Virus record (IMG/VR): IMGVR_UViG_3300031857_000518
Span: 1 to 38,781 of that record
From: a virus
Taxonomy: Duplodnaviria > Caudoviricetes
DNA length: 38,781 bases
Direction: 5' to 3' (one strand)
Positions within the stretch are counted from its first letter, which is position 1, and every line of letters starts with the position of its first letter. This document shows, in pieces, positions 26,420 through 36,164 of this stretch. The position numbers and the translations under genes are program-made. Below the pieces are notes generated by a model. It was not told where the DNA came from. It made no database searches and saw only the letters and a list, made by a program, of their open reading frames with translations.

Positions 26420-28425
26420 TTTGGGCGAGGCTGTGTTTCGCGACCTCCGTAGTTCTTGATTTCTTTAGCCAAATCTCTTGCTTGTGCGTTGGTTAATCCG
26501 AAAGTTTTCGCACGCTCGATAAACTTATTCTGCGAAATTTCACCATCAACAAGTTTCTTGCGAAGATTGTTAAACTCTTGAGCCTTAATTCCAACAAGAG
26601 AATTTTCAAGCTTCATTACTTGGCTTGGCGGTGTCTTTGTAGCTGCGCCGCTTAAATCTGCGCCCTCTGCAGGTTGCTTGTTCATCAGACGTTGAGCGAT
26701 GTTGGTCTGTTGCTCTGTCATAGGTAGTGCAGACATTTTATCGGGAGCCGCTAATTTCAAAGGCGCTGTTTTGTCGATAACACCTTCAGACGGAAGCGTT
26801 CTCTGTAGGTTTAACTTGCGCTGAGCTTGCTTGATCTGCGTATCTGTCATTGGCGGCAGAGCTATTTTATCGGGAGCCGCAAGACGTAGCTGCTCTGGAT
26901 ATTCAGGCTTAGGAATATCGACATCCCGCAACTTTGACATCAAATCTTTACCCAAAGCCTCTTGAACTTTGACGCCACGCTTAGCTATAGCGGCGGCATT
27001 GGCACTACGCGCAGCCATACCAGCTACCTGAGCCCCAGCTGCCGCAGGTATGTTTCCAGTGGAACCAAGCACGATAGCCGTAAGTCTGCTAGTTAATGGG
27101 CCAAGCAATTCAGCGGTCATTCCTGGAGTAGCTGCTTTTTTCAAAAGTTCTTTGGCTTCAGATGGCCAACCTTTTAGATTTCCATTTTCAATGTCCATAT
27201 ACAGTTTTTTGTAGCCGTTCTGATACGCGGCTTCTGGATTTTTCGAAAGGCTTGCCCGCAAGGCGACCTCTTCCAATTCCTTGACGCGCATCTTTGCAGC
27301 CCAAATGTTACGACCATTAACCAATGCATCATTTCCGGCAGTATCAACTTCGTCAACAATCTGACGCAATTTTCTTTGAATTTTCTGTAATTCAAGACCG
27401 TTAGCTGTTACGCTTCCGGTTTCTGGATTTACAAAAGCTGGAGAGTTAATTTTAGCAGAAAGATTTCTGTCGATGTTTTCAATGTCTTCTAAAGTCATAT
27501 TCTTACCAGAGTTACCGCTGAACTCATCTAAAGCGTTTATAAGTTGATTTTGTTCTGCAGTGTATTTGCCGCTTGGCAAGGGCTTTGGTAGAGCTTGTTT
27601 AATCGAGCTGTCTAGTTTATCGCCAACTTGCTTAGCGTCAAACTTAGCACCAAGATACCCAGCTGTGTCGTAGTTTTGACCAGCCATCTTATCTAGTTCT
27701 TCAGTACCCAACAATTTTGGTTTTTGTGGTTTTGGAACCATGCTTTTTGTAAGCGCAGCATCTGAGGAAGCGTTCACTGTGTTTCTTAGGAGCTTTGTAC
27801 CCGCAGCCAAGCCTGTCGTTGTCCCCACAAGGTTAGCGGCTTGACCAGCTGCCTTTATATTTCTTGCGGCGCGTGGATATTGCTTGCTAAACAAGTCAAT
27901 GCTTTCTGGGATACCTTCACTTAAAGTTTTCCCAGTACCATCTGGAAGCTGACCAACAAAGTTAACAGCAGCTCCGATACCTTCTTTAACAAACTCAGGC
28001 GTGACTGTGCTAATTGCCTCAGCCACAGGATCCACAAATAGCTGTGAAGCCGTTGCCATAGTACCTTGGTATAAAGTTTCAGGCTTTGTCTGTTGTCCAG
28101 AAGCTCCCGCTTGACGAATGCCCTGAATTTCCTGTTCACGTCTAGCATAGTTTTCTTTTAAGCGGTCAGTAAAGCCTCCGGCCTCGACAAGTCTAGCACG
28201 GCTTCGCCAGTCCGAACCTTGCGTCGGTTGCTGCTGTACGGGTCTAGCTCTGGAACGCCAATCAGATGTTGACGCTGGTTGCGGCGCGGTTGTTGGCTTC
28301 GCAGGAGGTAGCGTTTGATATTGATTAACACCCTGACCTGAGGCTCTTTGTGCAAGAATAGCCTGTCGGCTTTCTTCCATTGGATCCATTGGGACAGGTC
28401 GAGATCTATTTCGCCAATCACTCAT
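26410..28425 (-). CDS. Large internal virion/ejection protein (P22 gp16 position)
   Basis: Third of three Ala/Gly/Gln-rich helical genes between tail hub and tail fibre; internal repeats. Confidence 0.75.
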   Translation of the reverse strand: MSDWRNRSRPVPMDPMEESRQAILAQRASGQGVNQYQTLPPAKPTTAPQPASTSDWRSRARPVQQQPTQGSDWRSRARLVEAGGFTDRLKENYARREQEIQGIRQAGASGQQTKPETLYQGTMATASQLFVDPVAEAISTVTPEFVKEGIGAAVNFVGQLPDGTGKTLSEGIPESIDLFSKQYPRAARNIKAAGQAANLVGTTTGLAAGTKLLRNTVNASSDAALTKSMVPKPQKPKLLGTEELDKMAGQNYDTAGYLGAKFDAKQVGDKLDSSIKQALPKPLPSGKYTAEQNQLINALDEFSGNSGKNMTLEDIENIDRNLSAKINSPAFVNPETGSVTANGLELQKIQRKLRQIVDEVDTAGNDALVNGRNIWAAKMRVKELEEVALRASLSKNPEAAYQNGYKKLYMDIENGNLKGWPSEAKELLKKAATPGMTAELLGPLTSRLTAIVLGSTGNIPAAAGAQVAGMAARSANAAAIAKRGVKVQEALGKDLMSKLRDVDIPKPEYPEQLRLAAPDKIALPPMTDTQIKQAQRKLNLQRTLPSEGVIDKTAPLKLAAPDKMSALPMTEQQTNIAQRLMNKQPAEGADLSGAATKTPPSQVMKLENSLVGIKAQEFNNLRKKLVDGEISQNKFIERAKTFGLTNAQARDLAKEIKNYGGRETQPRPKPR
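26419..26425 (-). other. -1 ribosomal frameshift slippery heptamer C CCA AAG
   Basis: X XXY YYZ correctly phased in the 671-aa ORF, two sense codons before its TAG; the -1 frame is the ART frame. Confidence 0.7.
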
Positions 28426-29588
28426 TGAGGTTGAAATCCTTCTGCAATTGCTGCTTGTAAGTCTGCGGGATCAATTTCCATGAAACTTCCAGTTTGAGGA
28501 TCAAAGCCGCGGATCATACCGCTACCGCCTACTGGAGGAGGGCTCATAGGAGGTACAGGTTTTCCAGCTCTTCGAGCTAAGCTTTGTATTTCGGAATACT
28601 TAGACTCAATGAAAGCTTTAAGAACAGCATCTTTTTCCTCAGGAGATGCTTCAGGATCTCCCAAAGTAACTCTGAGTCTGTTACCTTCTTCAACAGTAAA
28701 GGCTGCACCAAACGTCTGACGCAGCAAAGGCAACACTTCATTGTCCACCGTGGAAATGTATTCTTTTCTAGCCACGGCTCCTTCAGGAACTTTGGCGCCA
28801 AGCTGTCTTGCAACAGAATCTACTGCTTGACCGCCTTTTGTATAAGTTGCTGTCTTACCCAAAGTGCTCAATTTGTTTACAACATTAATGAGGGAAGGTA
28901 ACTGAGCTTCCATGGCTTGTAGTTTTGCATTACTAACGCCAAGCTCTGTACCTTCAACTTGAGCCGCGGCCTGATTACGTTTAAAATCTGGCATGTCTTC
29001 AGGCTTAGGAGTTACTGGAAAAGATGTAAGTGGAGGAGCTGCTGGGTTTGTAGGGTTTGGGAAAACTTTAGTACCACCAAGATCTACAACTGGATTTGCT
29101 CGCTTCATAGTTAAATACTCAGTTCTTTGTTCAGGAGAAAGACTATTATAATACTGCCATTCTTGAACGTTTGATGGCGATTCAGAAGAATTAAGAATAC
29201 CGTAAACTTGACCAGCAGCAATAAGACCATTAACATTATTTCTCAACTCGTCAATACGACCACTGCGCAACATATCTGAAGCTGCGTCAGTTTCTTGTGT
29301 ATCAACATTCTCACCAACACCCATACGTCCTAGTAAAGACTGCTTACGACGCATTAAAAGATTATTAGCGCCATCAAGATCATTATTATCTAGAAATGAT
29401 TTAAGTTGAACAGCACCAGCAATTGTGCTTGACAATCTTGATTTTTCTCTGGCGTCTAGATTATCGTAATGCTGTCGTAAAATCTGCTGCGTGGACATTT
29501 CGTTTCGGAAGCTTTGATCAGTAGCTTGATTAATTGGAGTTGCTGTGTCAAGACCTTGAACAGAAAGTGAGATGTTTGGATTGGTCAT
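28422..29588 (-). CDS. Ejection protein (P22 gp20 position)
   Basis: Synteny; helical; PSNVQEWQYY and FGAAFTVEEG motifs. Confidence 0.7.
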   Translation of the reverse strand: MTNPNISLSVQGLDTATPINQATDQSFRNEMSTQQILRQHYDNLDAREKSRLSSTIAGAVQLKSFLDNNDLDGANNLLMRRKQSLLGRMGVGENVDTQETDAASDMLRSGRIDELRNNVNGLIAAGQVYGILNSSESPSNVQEWQYYNSLSPEQRTEYLTMKRANPVVDLGGTKVFPNPTNPAAPPLTSFPVTPKPEDMPDFKRNQAAAQVEGTELGVSNAKLQAMEAQLPSLINVVNKLSTLGKTATYTKGGQAVDSVARQLGAKVPEGAVARKEYISTVDNEVLPLLRQTFGAAFTVEEGNRLRVTLGDPEASPEEKDAVLKAFIESKYSEIQSLARRAGKPVPPMSPPPVGGSGMIRGFDPQTGSFMEIDPADLQAAIAEGFQPQ

Positions 29589-29599
29589 GTTTATTTCCT

Positions 29600-30547
29600 T
29601 TAACGATAAATGACAGAACTGTTGCCGTATTGCCCACGCATATTATTCAGCGCAAGTAAAGTGTTGAGTTGGTTTTGGTAGCCGCTTGTATAAGCGTTCT
29701 GAGCACCTACTTGACCAGCTGCTCTGACCGCACCTTGCTGACCGTACATTCCGGCAACGCCACTTGCCGCTCCGGCACCAGTATCAACCTGACCCTGTAA
29801 CCTTCTCACATCACTGTTAATAAGACCTGTACCAAGGTTTAAAAGTTCCTGCTGAAGAGCCTGAGCCGTACCACCTGAACCAACCTTACCAACAGCGGCG
29901 CGGTTAGCGAGTAGTCTGCGCTCAGCATCTGCTGCCAATGATGTGTAGAGCGGATTATTTCTGATGTATTCCGCAGGGTTGCTTTCAATGCTTCTGATAC
30001 GGTCAGCGGCCTCAGAACCAAGTTGCGTATATGGGCGATTTTCAGCAATACCGCGATCAATAGCCGCAGCCTGAGTGTTTGCTGATTTTTCAGCTGTCCT
30101 TGCTTGCGATTGAGTCATGGCTTGATTACCCAAAGCAAGTAGCCAACGCGAAGGATCGTTGTTGTTATCTGAGCTTCCTGGAATACTAGCTCCAGGAACA
30201 CTAGTGCTTTGAGTAAGTCCTGAAATAGTGTTTCTAATGGCGTTCATACCGCCGCCACTAGCAACTCCTCTGATGCCTGAACCGGCCAACGAAACTCCCG
30301 GAGGAGCCCAGTTAATAGTTTGACCAGGAGTATTCCAAAGAATACCACCAGCAGCTGGCGTACCCATAATATTACCTGCAGCACCTGCCCCCATGTATCC
30401 TGTAAGTGCTCCAAGAGCCGCACCTTTAATACCGCCACCACCTATAGCACCGCCTGCTGCACCACCAATCGCAGCTCCTACTGGCCCAAAAAATGAACCG
30501 GCAATAGGAAGCGCAACTTGTGCGATAGTTTTTACAGCATTACTCAT
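29600..30547 (-). CDS. Ejection/pilot protein (P22 gp7 position)
   Basis: Gly/Ala-rich N-terminus, PYTQLG, SGGTAQAL motifs. Confidence 0.75.
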   Translation of the reverse strand: MSNAVKTIAQVALPIAGSFFGPVGAAIGGAAGGAIGGGGIKGAALGALTGYMGAGAAGNIMGTPAAGGILWNTPGQTINWAPPGVSLAGSGIRGVASGGGMNAIRNTISGLTQSTSVPGASIPGSSDNNNDPSRWLLALGNQAMTQSQARTAEKSANTQAAAIDRGIAENRPYTQLGSEAADRIRSIESNPAEYIRNNPLYTSLAADAERRLLANRAAVGKVGSGGTAQALQQELLNLGTGLINSDVRRLQGQVDTGAGAASGVAGMYGQQGAVRAAGQVGAQNAYTSGYQNQLNTLLALNNMRGQYGNSSVIYR

Positions 30548-30960
30548 TGAGTGCTCCTTTTATATTGATACATGTGAATTTCACCTACGATCGGCATGTT
30601 TTCTAGATAACCAACTTTCCTAAGAACGCCTTTCTTAGCAAAGTGTTCAAAGAATTTAATTTGATCTTTTTGAACGGTTAAAAGTATTTCTCTGGATTGA
30701 GCTAAGAAGTTCATAGCCCATTTAAAGTTGACAACCCTATTGGCTGGCGTTGTCCAAGGAAACCAAGTTACGTGCGGCTCCGCAACGTGTTCTGTTCCGG
30801 CAAGATCTAAAACACAAGCTGGTCCAAAACCATATTTCGTGTTCCCGTAACCAACAAACCTTTCGCTTACAACCACTGGAGTAAAGTCAATGCCGGAAAG
30901 AGCCGCAGCGTAAAGTATAGTTGAATGTTTTTCAAAGCTGTAAAGTTCTAAACTATGCAC
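30544..30960 (-). CDS. P22 gp14-like (GNAT-like) virion assembly protein
   Basis: Position before the ejection genes; EPHV.WFPW, GVLRKVG. Start uncertain. Confidence 0.5.
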   Translation of the reverse strand: MHSLELYSFEKHSTILYAAALSGIDFTPVVVSERFVGYGNTKYGFGPACVLDLAGTEHVAEPHVTWFPWTTPANRVVNFKWAMNFLAQSREILLTVQKDQIKFFEHFAKKGVLRKVGYLENMPIVGEIHMYQYKRSTQ

Positions 30961-31435
30961 CAACGATGTACGAGCTAATCGCACCCTCCCAAGTCACGTC
31001 GTTATTGACTGCCCCTTCAACGGTAACCACTGCATCCGACCCCAAAGTCGAAAAGCCAACGTTCCAAGATCCTTGATCTTCGCCGCCGTATAAGTTTGGA
31101 GTGGCAATTCCTGTAAGTACGCCAGCGACGTTCTTATAGGCTCCTGTAAGGACGTAAAACGCGCTATCTCCAGCCGCTCCAGCACTTCCCCCAGTTCTAC
31201 GAGCTACAATCATAGCTTGGATCATAACCGTTTTACCATCGGGAACTGGAACCCGCACCAAACCCGTTGTGGCTGCGTCCGTTGTTGTTATCTTTGCTGT
31301 GGTCTTAATGCTATAGACGTTTGTCCAAAGCTGATAGATTGTAGTCACTAAGGACGAAAAGAAAGCGTTCTTAAGCTTATCCGTCGCAAACTCAGCAGGG
31401 ATTTGGAGTGGAGGTGGTCTAAGACTGATTGTCAT
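30953..31435 (-). CDS. Virion protein at the tail-needle position
   Basis: Short helical N-terminus and beta-rich C-terminus; follows the gp10-like gene with ATGA overlap. Confidence 0.5.
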   Translation of the reverse strand: MTISLRPPPLQIPAEFATDKLKNAFFSSLVTTIYQLWTNVYSIKTTAKITTTDAATTGLVRVPVPDGKTVMIQAMIVARRTGGSAGAAGDSAFYVLTGAYKNVAGVLTGIATPNLYGGEDQGSWNVGFSTLGSDAVVTVEGAVNNDVTWEGAISSYIVGA

Positions 31436-32847
31436 ATGCAAATATCCATGTCAATGCTAGCGCTGAAAATTGCCCAATATATTGGATCACTTACACGCAG
31501 ACGGATAACTAAATTTTTATAGCGACCAAGGCCAGTTGTCATCACGGTTACGCGTTCACCAAGTTTACCACAACGCAAGAACCTTTCCGTCCCAAAAGTT
31601 TTGCCGTTGTCTTTTGAGAACGAAATAGCTATTAGTGGGTCAGAGCCTTGACCAGAAACAAGACCAACGCCCGTCTCAAGGTTTAATTCCATACTCACAA
31701 GCTCGAACTCTTTATTTGGCACTCCAAATATTTCACTGTGGATAACTGCACTATCTCTTGTCCGGATAATAGCATTACCGTTGTCGGTATAAGTTTCTGA
31801 AGCAAGTTCATATATGTTTGCAGAGGCGTAGTCTGCCACCAAAACTTTACCAAAAACTGTTACAGAGCTGTTGGCTATTGCGCGACCTTGCGTTCCAGCA
31901 CCCCATTGGAACCACTCACCACCGACAGGATAGACCCATGTAATATTTTCAGTAGGGAACGTGAGCTTGTAAAACCACTGACCCTGAAGTTGAAACGTAA
32001 AGCCAATAGCGTCTGACTTATTTGTGTATTTAGCAATTATCGCTGTAAGTTCTGGAGTAGAAATTGGCACACTTACAGCGGATGTTCCGCCCGTGATACT
32101 ATGAACTTGATTATCCGAACCTAGTATAAACACATAGTCAGGTGTTTCAGCAACTGAGTGAATAGCTCCGACGCCTATGTTAAGCACACCGCCTTGAATT
32201 TTATCGAATGGAGGATTGCCGGTGCCGGAGTTCCACCACAGTTCTATTGTTTCACGTCCCATCAGATACAAAGTATCTCGGTAAGTGTACACTCTCAGCA
32301 GATCGTCAGAGTTGCTTTCTGCAGAGGCGTTGTTCAATCCGTTAATCGTTCCTGGAAGACCTACGTCAGAAACGTCAAATCCTTGACCAGTTCCGGCATC
32401 GTAAATAGCTTGGCTGTTTAACACTGCTACACTATTTGGTGTGCCAAGATTGGGGCTGGTGTTTTGAACTAGAGTTGTTCCATTCCATATATAGACTAAA
32501 CCAGCGCCATTTGTTATTACTACCTGAGAACCAACAGCAGCAAAAATGCAACGACCTGATCCTGGAATTGTACCACGATCGGTGTGCGTTCCATCAGAGG
32601 CCACAGTGAAGAGCGAAGTGCCACTGACTTTATACAGAATTCCTTGATTGACAAACATCCCACGGTCAGCTCCTCCTGAGCGAGTAACAAAAGGCTTAAG
32701 TCCGTAGAACGGAACAAGCACATAAGGACTACGCGCTTTTTGATTTGGCTGCTGAATTTGCGGCCAAAAGTTGCGCGTCACCTGCTTCGAGAGATCCCTC
32801 GATTTATGCTGGTAGTCGCCACCTGTTAAATTTAAACTGACCCGCAT
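31432..32847 (-). CDS. Tail hub/packaged-DNA stabilization protein (P22 gp10-like)
   Basis: 471 aa beta-rich; SAESNSDD, TIELW, SKDNGKTFG, RLRVSDP. Confidence 0.88.
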   Translation of the reverse strand: MRVSLNLTGGDYQHKSRDLSKQVTRNFWPQIQQPNQKARSPYVLVPFYGLKPFVTRSGGADRGMFVNQGILYKVSGTSLFTVASDGTHTDRGTIPGSGRCIFAAVGSQVVITNGAGLVYIWNGTTLVQNTSPNLGTPNSVAVLNSQAIYDAGTGQGFDVSDVGLPGTINGLNNASAESNSDDLLRVYTYRDTLYLMGRETIELWWNSGTGNPPFDKIQGGVLNIGVGAIHSVAETPDYVFILGSDNQVHSITGGTSAVSVPISTPELTAIIAKYTNKSDAIGFTFQLQGQWFYKLTFPTENITWVYPVGGEWFQWGAGTQGRAIANSSVTVFGKVLVADYASANIYELASETYTDNGNAIIRTRDSAVIHSEIFGVPNKEFELVSMELNLETGVGLVSGQGSDPLIAISFSKDNGKTFGTERFLRCGKLGERVTVMTTGLGRYKNLVIRLRVSDPIYWAIFSASIDMDICI

Positions 32848-33206
32848 TAAAACCCAGCGTCACTGTCTCTTGAGGTGTATTCTGGAACAGCAAGTTCGGC
32901 AAGGTTAGCCATCGCTACACTTCCGTTTGGACCTGCGTCTTCTTTAATTCTAAGATACCGGCTTTCGGGTACGCTATAACTTACCAGAAGTTTCTCGCAC
33001 ATCATTTGTACAAAGTAAGGGACTAGCTTATTTGGAACATCTGCAGTGACGACCCAAGTAGCTAGTCCCTTTTCTTTCAGGCGTTCATATGTCTCGTCGA
33101 AAGTCGCGTCAATGCGAGCTTGGTCTTGAGCTTCTGGCGCTTGACCAATCGGTATGATGTAAAGTTCTTCAGCTACGCGTTGACGGATTTCGGCTTTAGT
33201 GGACAT
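32847..33206 (-). CDS. Head-tail adaptor (P22 gp4 position)
   Basis: 119-aa helical protein directly before the gp10-like gene. Confidence 0.65.
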   Translation of the reverse strand: MSTKAEIRQRVAEELYIIPIGQAPEAQDQARIDATFDETYERLKEKGLATWVVTADVPNKLVPYFVQMMCEKLLVSYSVPESRYLRIKEDAGPNGSVAMANLAELAVPEYTSRDSDAGF

Positions 33207-33209
33207 AGA

Positions 33210-33593
33210 TTACTCTCCTAGATGCTTCTTTGTGTATTTTGCATTGAGGATCTGATCTTCAGCGCGGCGACGTTCAAAAGCTGCCTTACCTTCTTGATCA
33301 ATTTTATGGAGAACTTCTTGATCGACTTTACCTTCAAAGAACGTAGCCATTCCTGGAAGCTTCATCAGAAGTTCTGTGTCTGTGACAAGTGTCAATTCGC
33401 CGCGAACAAATTTTTGCTTACCCATTAAAGTGATAACATATGGAGAATCAGCACCAGCGCCAATGTACGTAAAGTATCTACCTTTTGGTTGTGGAACTTG
33501 AATTTCTTCGATGTCTTCTACCGAATCTTCAACTTCCAGGATTTCGATTTCTTCATCATCTTGTTCTACGTGGTTACGATTTTTTCTGCTCAT
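33210..33593 (-). CDS. Hypothetical late protein, acidic N-terminus
   Basis: ORF with AGGA RBS in the head-tail module. Confidence 0.65.
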   Translation of the reverse strand: MSRKNRNHVEQDDEEIEILEVEDSVEDIEEIQVPQPKGRYFTYIGAGADSPYVITLMGKQKFVRGELTLVTDTELLMKLPGMATFFEGKVDQEVLHKIDQEGKAAFERRRAEDQILNAKYTKKHLGE

Positions 33594-33622
33594 AGCTTGT
33601 TTTTCCTGAGAATGTTAGGGTT

Positions 33623-33662
33623 AAAAGAAATAGCCAGCCCAGATAGGGAACTGAGCTGGCTA
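33623..33662 (-). terminator. Intrinsic terminator after the head genes
   Basis: Minus strand TAGCCAGCTCAG/CTGGGCTGGCTA stem then TTTCTTTT. Confidence 0.8.
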
Positions 33663-33672
33663 CGTAGTAATC

Positions 33673-34149
33673 TTAGTCAACGGTAACGGCAAACTCAACC
33701 AAAAGATCTGAGGATGAGTTCAGTGTAGCACCGCCAGTTGTGCCGTACACGTCAATTTGACCACCTGGATCGGACGACAGACCAGCGATCTCCCACAACA
33801 TACGACCAGCGTTTGCTGCTCCTGGAATGCTTACACGACCAGCTGTAGCAATCGAAGTTGCTGCCAACAATGCGGCTGGTACTGGAGCTCCAAAGTTATT
33901 ATTTACTGAAGCTAGTCCAAGGGCAAGAGTTGTAGAAGCAGCATTAGCACTATTTTGCAAAGCTGAAATGCCGTGTAAACGAGTGTTAGAGTCAAATCGG
34001 CCAAAGAAGATAGTCGAAGCTACAACCAACGCTCCTGGGTTACGATAAGAACTAATCACTTTTAGATTTGGACCATCTCCTTTGTTCGGTACAGCGTCGA
34101 ATGCTGCACGTCTACGAGTGGCCAATTGAGTATAATTTACGTCAACCAT
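33673..34149 (-). CDS. Probable capsid decoration protein
   Basis: 158 aa Ala/Gly/Thr-rich beta protein directly after the capsid gene; strong RBS. Confidence 0.55.
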   Translation of the reverse strand: MVDVNYTQLATRRRAAFDAVPNKGDGPNLKVISSYRNPGALVVASTIFFGRFDSNTRLHGISALQNSANAASTTLALGLASVNNNFGAPVPAALLAATSIATAGRVSIPGAANAGRMLWEIAGLSSDPGGQIDVYGTTGGATLNSSSDLLVEFAVTVD

Positions 34150-34171
34150 TTAAGTACTCCTTATATTTGTT

Positions 34172-34206
34172 AAGAGAAGAGAGCCTGAGTTGTTACACCC
34201 AGGCTC
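34172..34206 (-). terminator. Hairpin or weak terminator after the capsid gene
   Basis: GAGCCTGGG/CTCAGGCTC stem followed by TCTTCTCTT. Confidence 0.55.
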
Positions 34207-34212
34207 AATTCA

Positions 34213-35382
34213 TTAGGCGTCAACAGCCGCAGAATGGAACGAAGTAACCATGCCGTGCTGTTTGTTGTTGAAGAAGATCTTCTTGATGTCATGCTTAGCT
34301 GTGATACCAACACCGTTCAGATGTTCGTAGTCATCTTCGTTACGTAGTTTGAACGAAGCATCCTTACCACGACCAAAGCAAACAGCTTGAGCTCCGCACA
34401 AGAAGCCGATACCAACGCGAGAGCCAGAAGCGCCAGCAGTTCTCAAGTTGTCAGCTGCCGCGTTCGCACCCCAGACTCCATCCCAAAGACCGCCGCCAGA
34501 AGCGTTGTCAATGAACTTGTCAAGATCAGGAACTTCTTTGATGATAACGCTATCCCACAAAAGATCACCACCACCGAAGAGAGGGTTATCTTTGAAGTCT
34601 TTTTCACGTGGGCGAGCATCTTTGTTAGCTGCTACGATAGTAGCATCAGCTCTCAGGTCGCGGAAAGCAAAGCTACCTAAGAACAGAACATACCAAGGTT
34701 CATCTTCGTTAACCATGACAGGGCGAATAAGAGGATTTGCTTGCATAGCCATACGCTTCAGCTGAGACACCATCAAAGCACTCATCTTATCGTTAGTTGT
34801 ATCGATCGTTGCGAGTGAGGTTGTATGGTCACCAGACGTGGTGTTTGAACGTGCAATACCGTACAAGATACGATCGACGTTCGCGGCTTGCCAAGTGTCA
34901 AAGTTAGCAGCGGAAGCAGCTGCAGAACCTTTGGCACCCGAAGCTTCTGTTCCACCATAGTTACGGTAGGTTCCATCAGCTTGAATTGCACCCATTGCCT
35001 GAATAATCTGGTCACGCTTCAATTCCATGATCCAGTTTTGCAGAGCAGGGCGAGCTTCTTGGTACAGATCAAACTCGGACTTTTCCTTTTCTTCGTTGTC
35101 GATCAAGACACCGTTACGAAGATGAGTAGGTTCAAAGGTAAAGTCAAAGTTGCTCAACGACTCTTCGTTACCAACGAGGGAAGTTGAACCACGAACACCA
35201 GCACTTGACAGTTTACCGATCAAAGGGATCGATTTGCGGCGAATGTTTTTGTTCGTTTGGATGATGGCGTTTTCAGTAGCACCGATATACGGGCCAAAGC
35301 GACCATCGCGAACGTAAACGCGATTTACCTTTGCCTGAAAATCAGTGACTCTATTGCCAGCTGAGATAGATGAGAGTGACAT
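34213..35382 (-). CDS. Major capsid protein (DUF4043/N4-gp56-like)
   Basis: 389 aa after the scaffold; LVGNEESL, NPLFGGGDLLWD.VIIKE, CGAQAV, EDDY motifs. Confidence 0.88.
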   Translation of the reverse strand: MSLSSISAGNRVTDFQAKVNRVYVRDGRFGPYIGATENAIIQTNKNIRRKSIPLIGKLSSAGVRGSTSLVGNEESLSNFDFTFEPTHLRNGVLIDNEEKEKSEFDLYQEARPALQNWIMELKRDQIIQAMGAIQADGTYRNYGGTEASGAKGSAAASAANFDTWQAANVDRILYGIARSNTTSGDHTTSLATIDTTNDKMSALMVSQLKRMAMQANPLIRPVMVNEDEPWYVLFLGSFAFRDLRADATIVAANKDARPREKDFKDNPLFGGGDLLWDSVIIKEVPDLDKFIDNASGGGLWDGVWGANAAADNLRTAGASGSRVGIGFLCGAQAVCFGRGKDASFKLRNEDDYEHLNGVGITAKHDIKKIFFNNKQHGMVTSFHSAAVDA

Positions 35383-35402
35383 TTTCTATTTCCTTTTTAC
35401 TG

Positions 35403-36158
35403 TTAAAGAGCACCTTTAAACAGATCATCTTCAGTATCCGTATCATTGGACTTCCGAACATTCCTGTTTGGAGATGCATTTGTTGTACGATTTAGGTTTG
35501 GTACCCTTAACGTAACATTTTCTTGGGGCTTCTTTACAAGTTGCGTTGCTGTCGTTGTCTGCGCAGGCTGAGCTGTCTTTGATTTCTTCCATTCTTGGAA
35601 TTGCTTCCAGTCATCGGAATTTTTCATCTCAGAAAGTTCCCTGATTTCTTTATCCTTCTTTGCCAAATCGTAAGCCATCTTTGCTGGGAGTTTGTGATTT
35701 CCAACAATAGTATTGAGTTCAGGATTGGACTTAGCCATTTCTTGAAAGTGCTCAATCATATCATCGTAGTCCGCAAAAGCCTCGCTCATAATAGCTTTAG
35801 AAGTTTCAATCCGGATATGTCTATCGTATCCATCAGGATCAGTAGCTCGATCCGGAACAGGTACGGCAGAAAGTTCAGCAAGTTTCCGTTCAGCAGCTTC
35901 CCATTTTGAAGTTACATCTTTAAGGGCCGCTTTAAAACGAGTTTCCGGTATCATTTTTTCTTGTACCGTAGTGTCTCCATCGGCGGCTGGCGACTCCGCA
36001 TCTTGTTCGCCCTGTTGTTCTGAACCTTTGGTTCCCTCGGTCTCGGCTTTGAGTTCCGTACTTTGGTCATCGGCCGCCTCTTCTGTTGTTATTTCAGCTT
36101 CTGAGGTTGTGGTAGGTTCATCATTGAAGACATCATCGTTTTGTTTTGTATCAGACAT
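35403..36158 (-). CDS. Scaffolding protein
   Basis: Acidic disordered N-terminus, IPETRF then coiled coil; directly before the capsid gene. Confidence 0.8.
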   Translation of the reverse strand: MSDTKQNDDVFNDEPTTTSEAEITTEEAADDQSTELKAETEGTKGSEQQGEQDAESPAADGDTTVQEKMIPETRFKAALKDVTSKWEAAERKLAELSAVPVPDRATDPDGYDRHIRIETSKAIMSEAFADYDDMIEHFQEMAKSNPELNTIVGNHKLPAKMAYDLAKKDKEIRELSEMKNSDDWKQFQEWKKSKTAQPAQTTTATQLVKKPQENVTLRVPNLNRTTNASPNRNVRKSNDTDTEDDLFKGAL

Positions 36159-36164
36159 GCTAGT

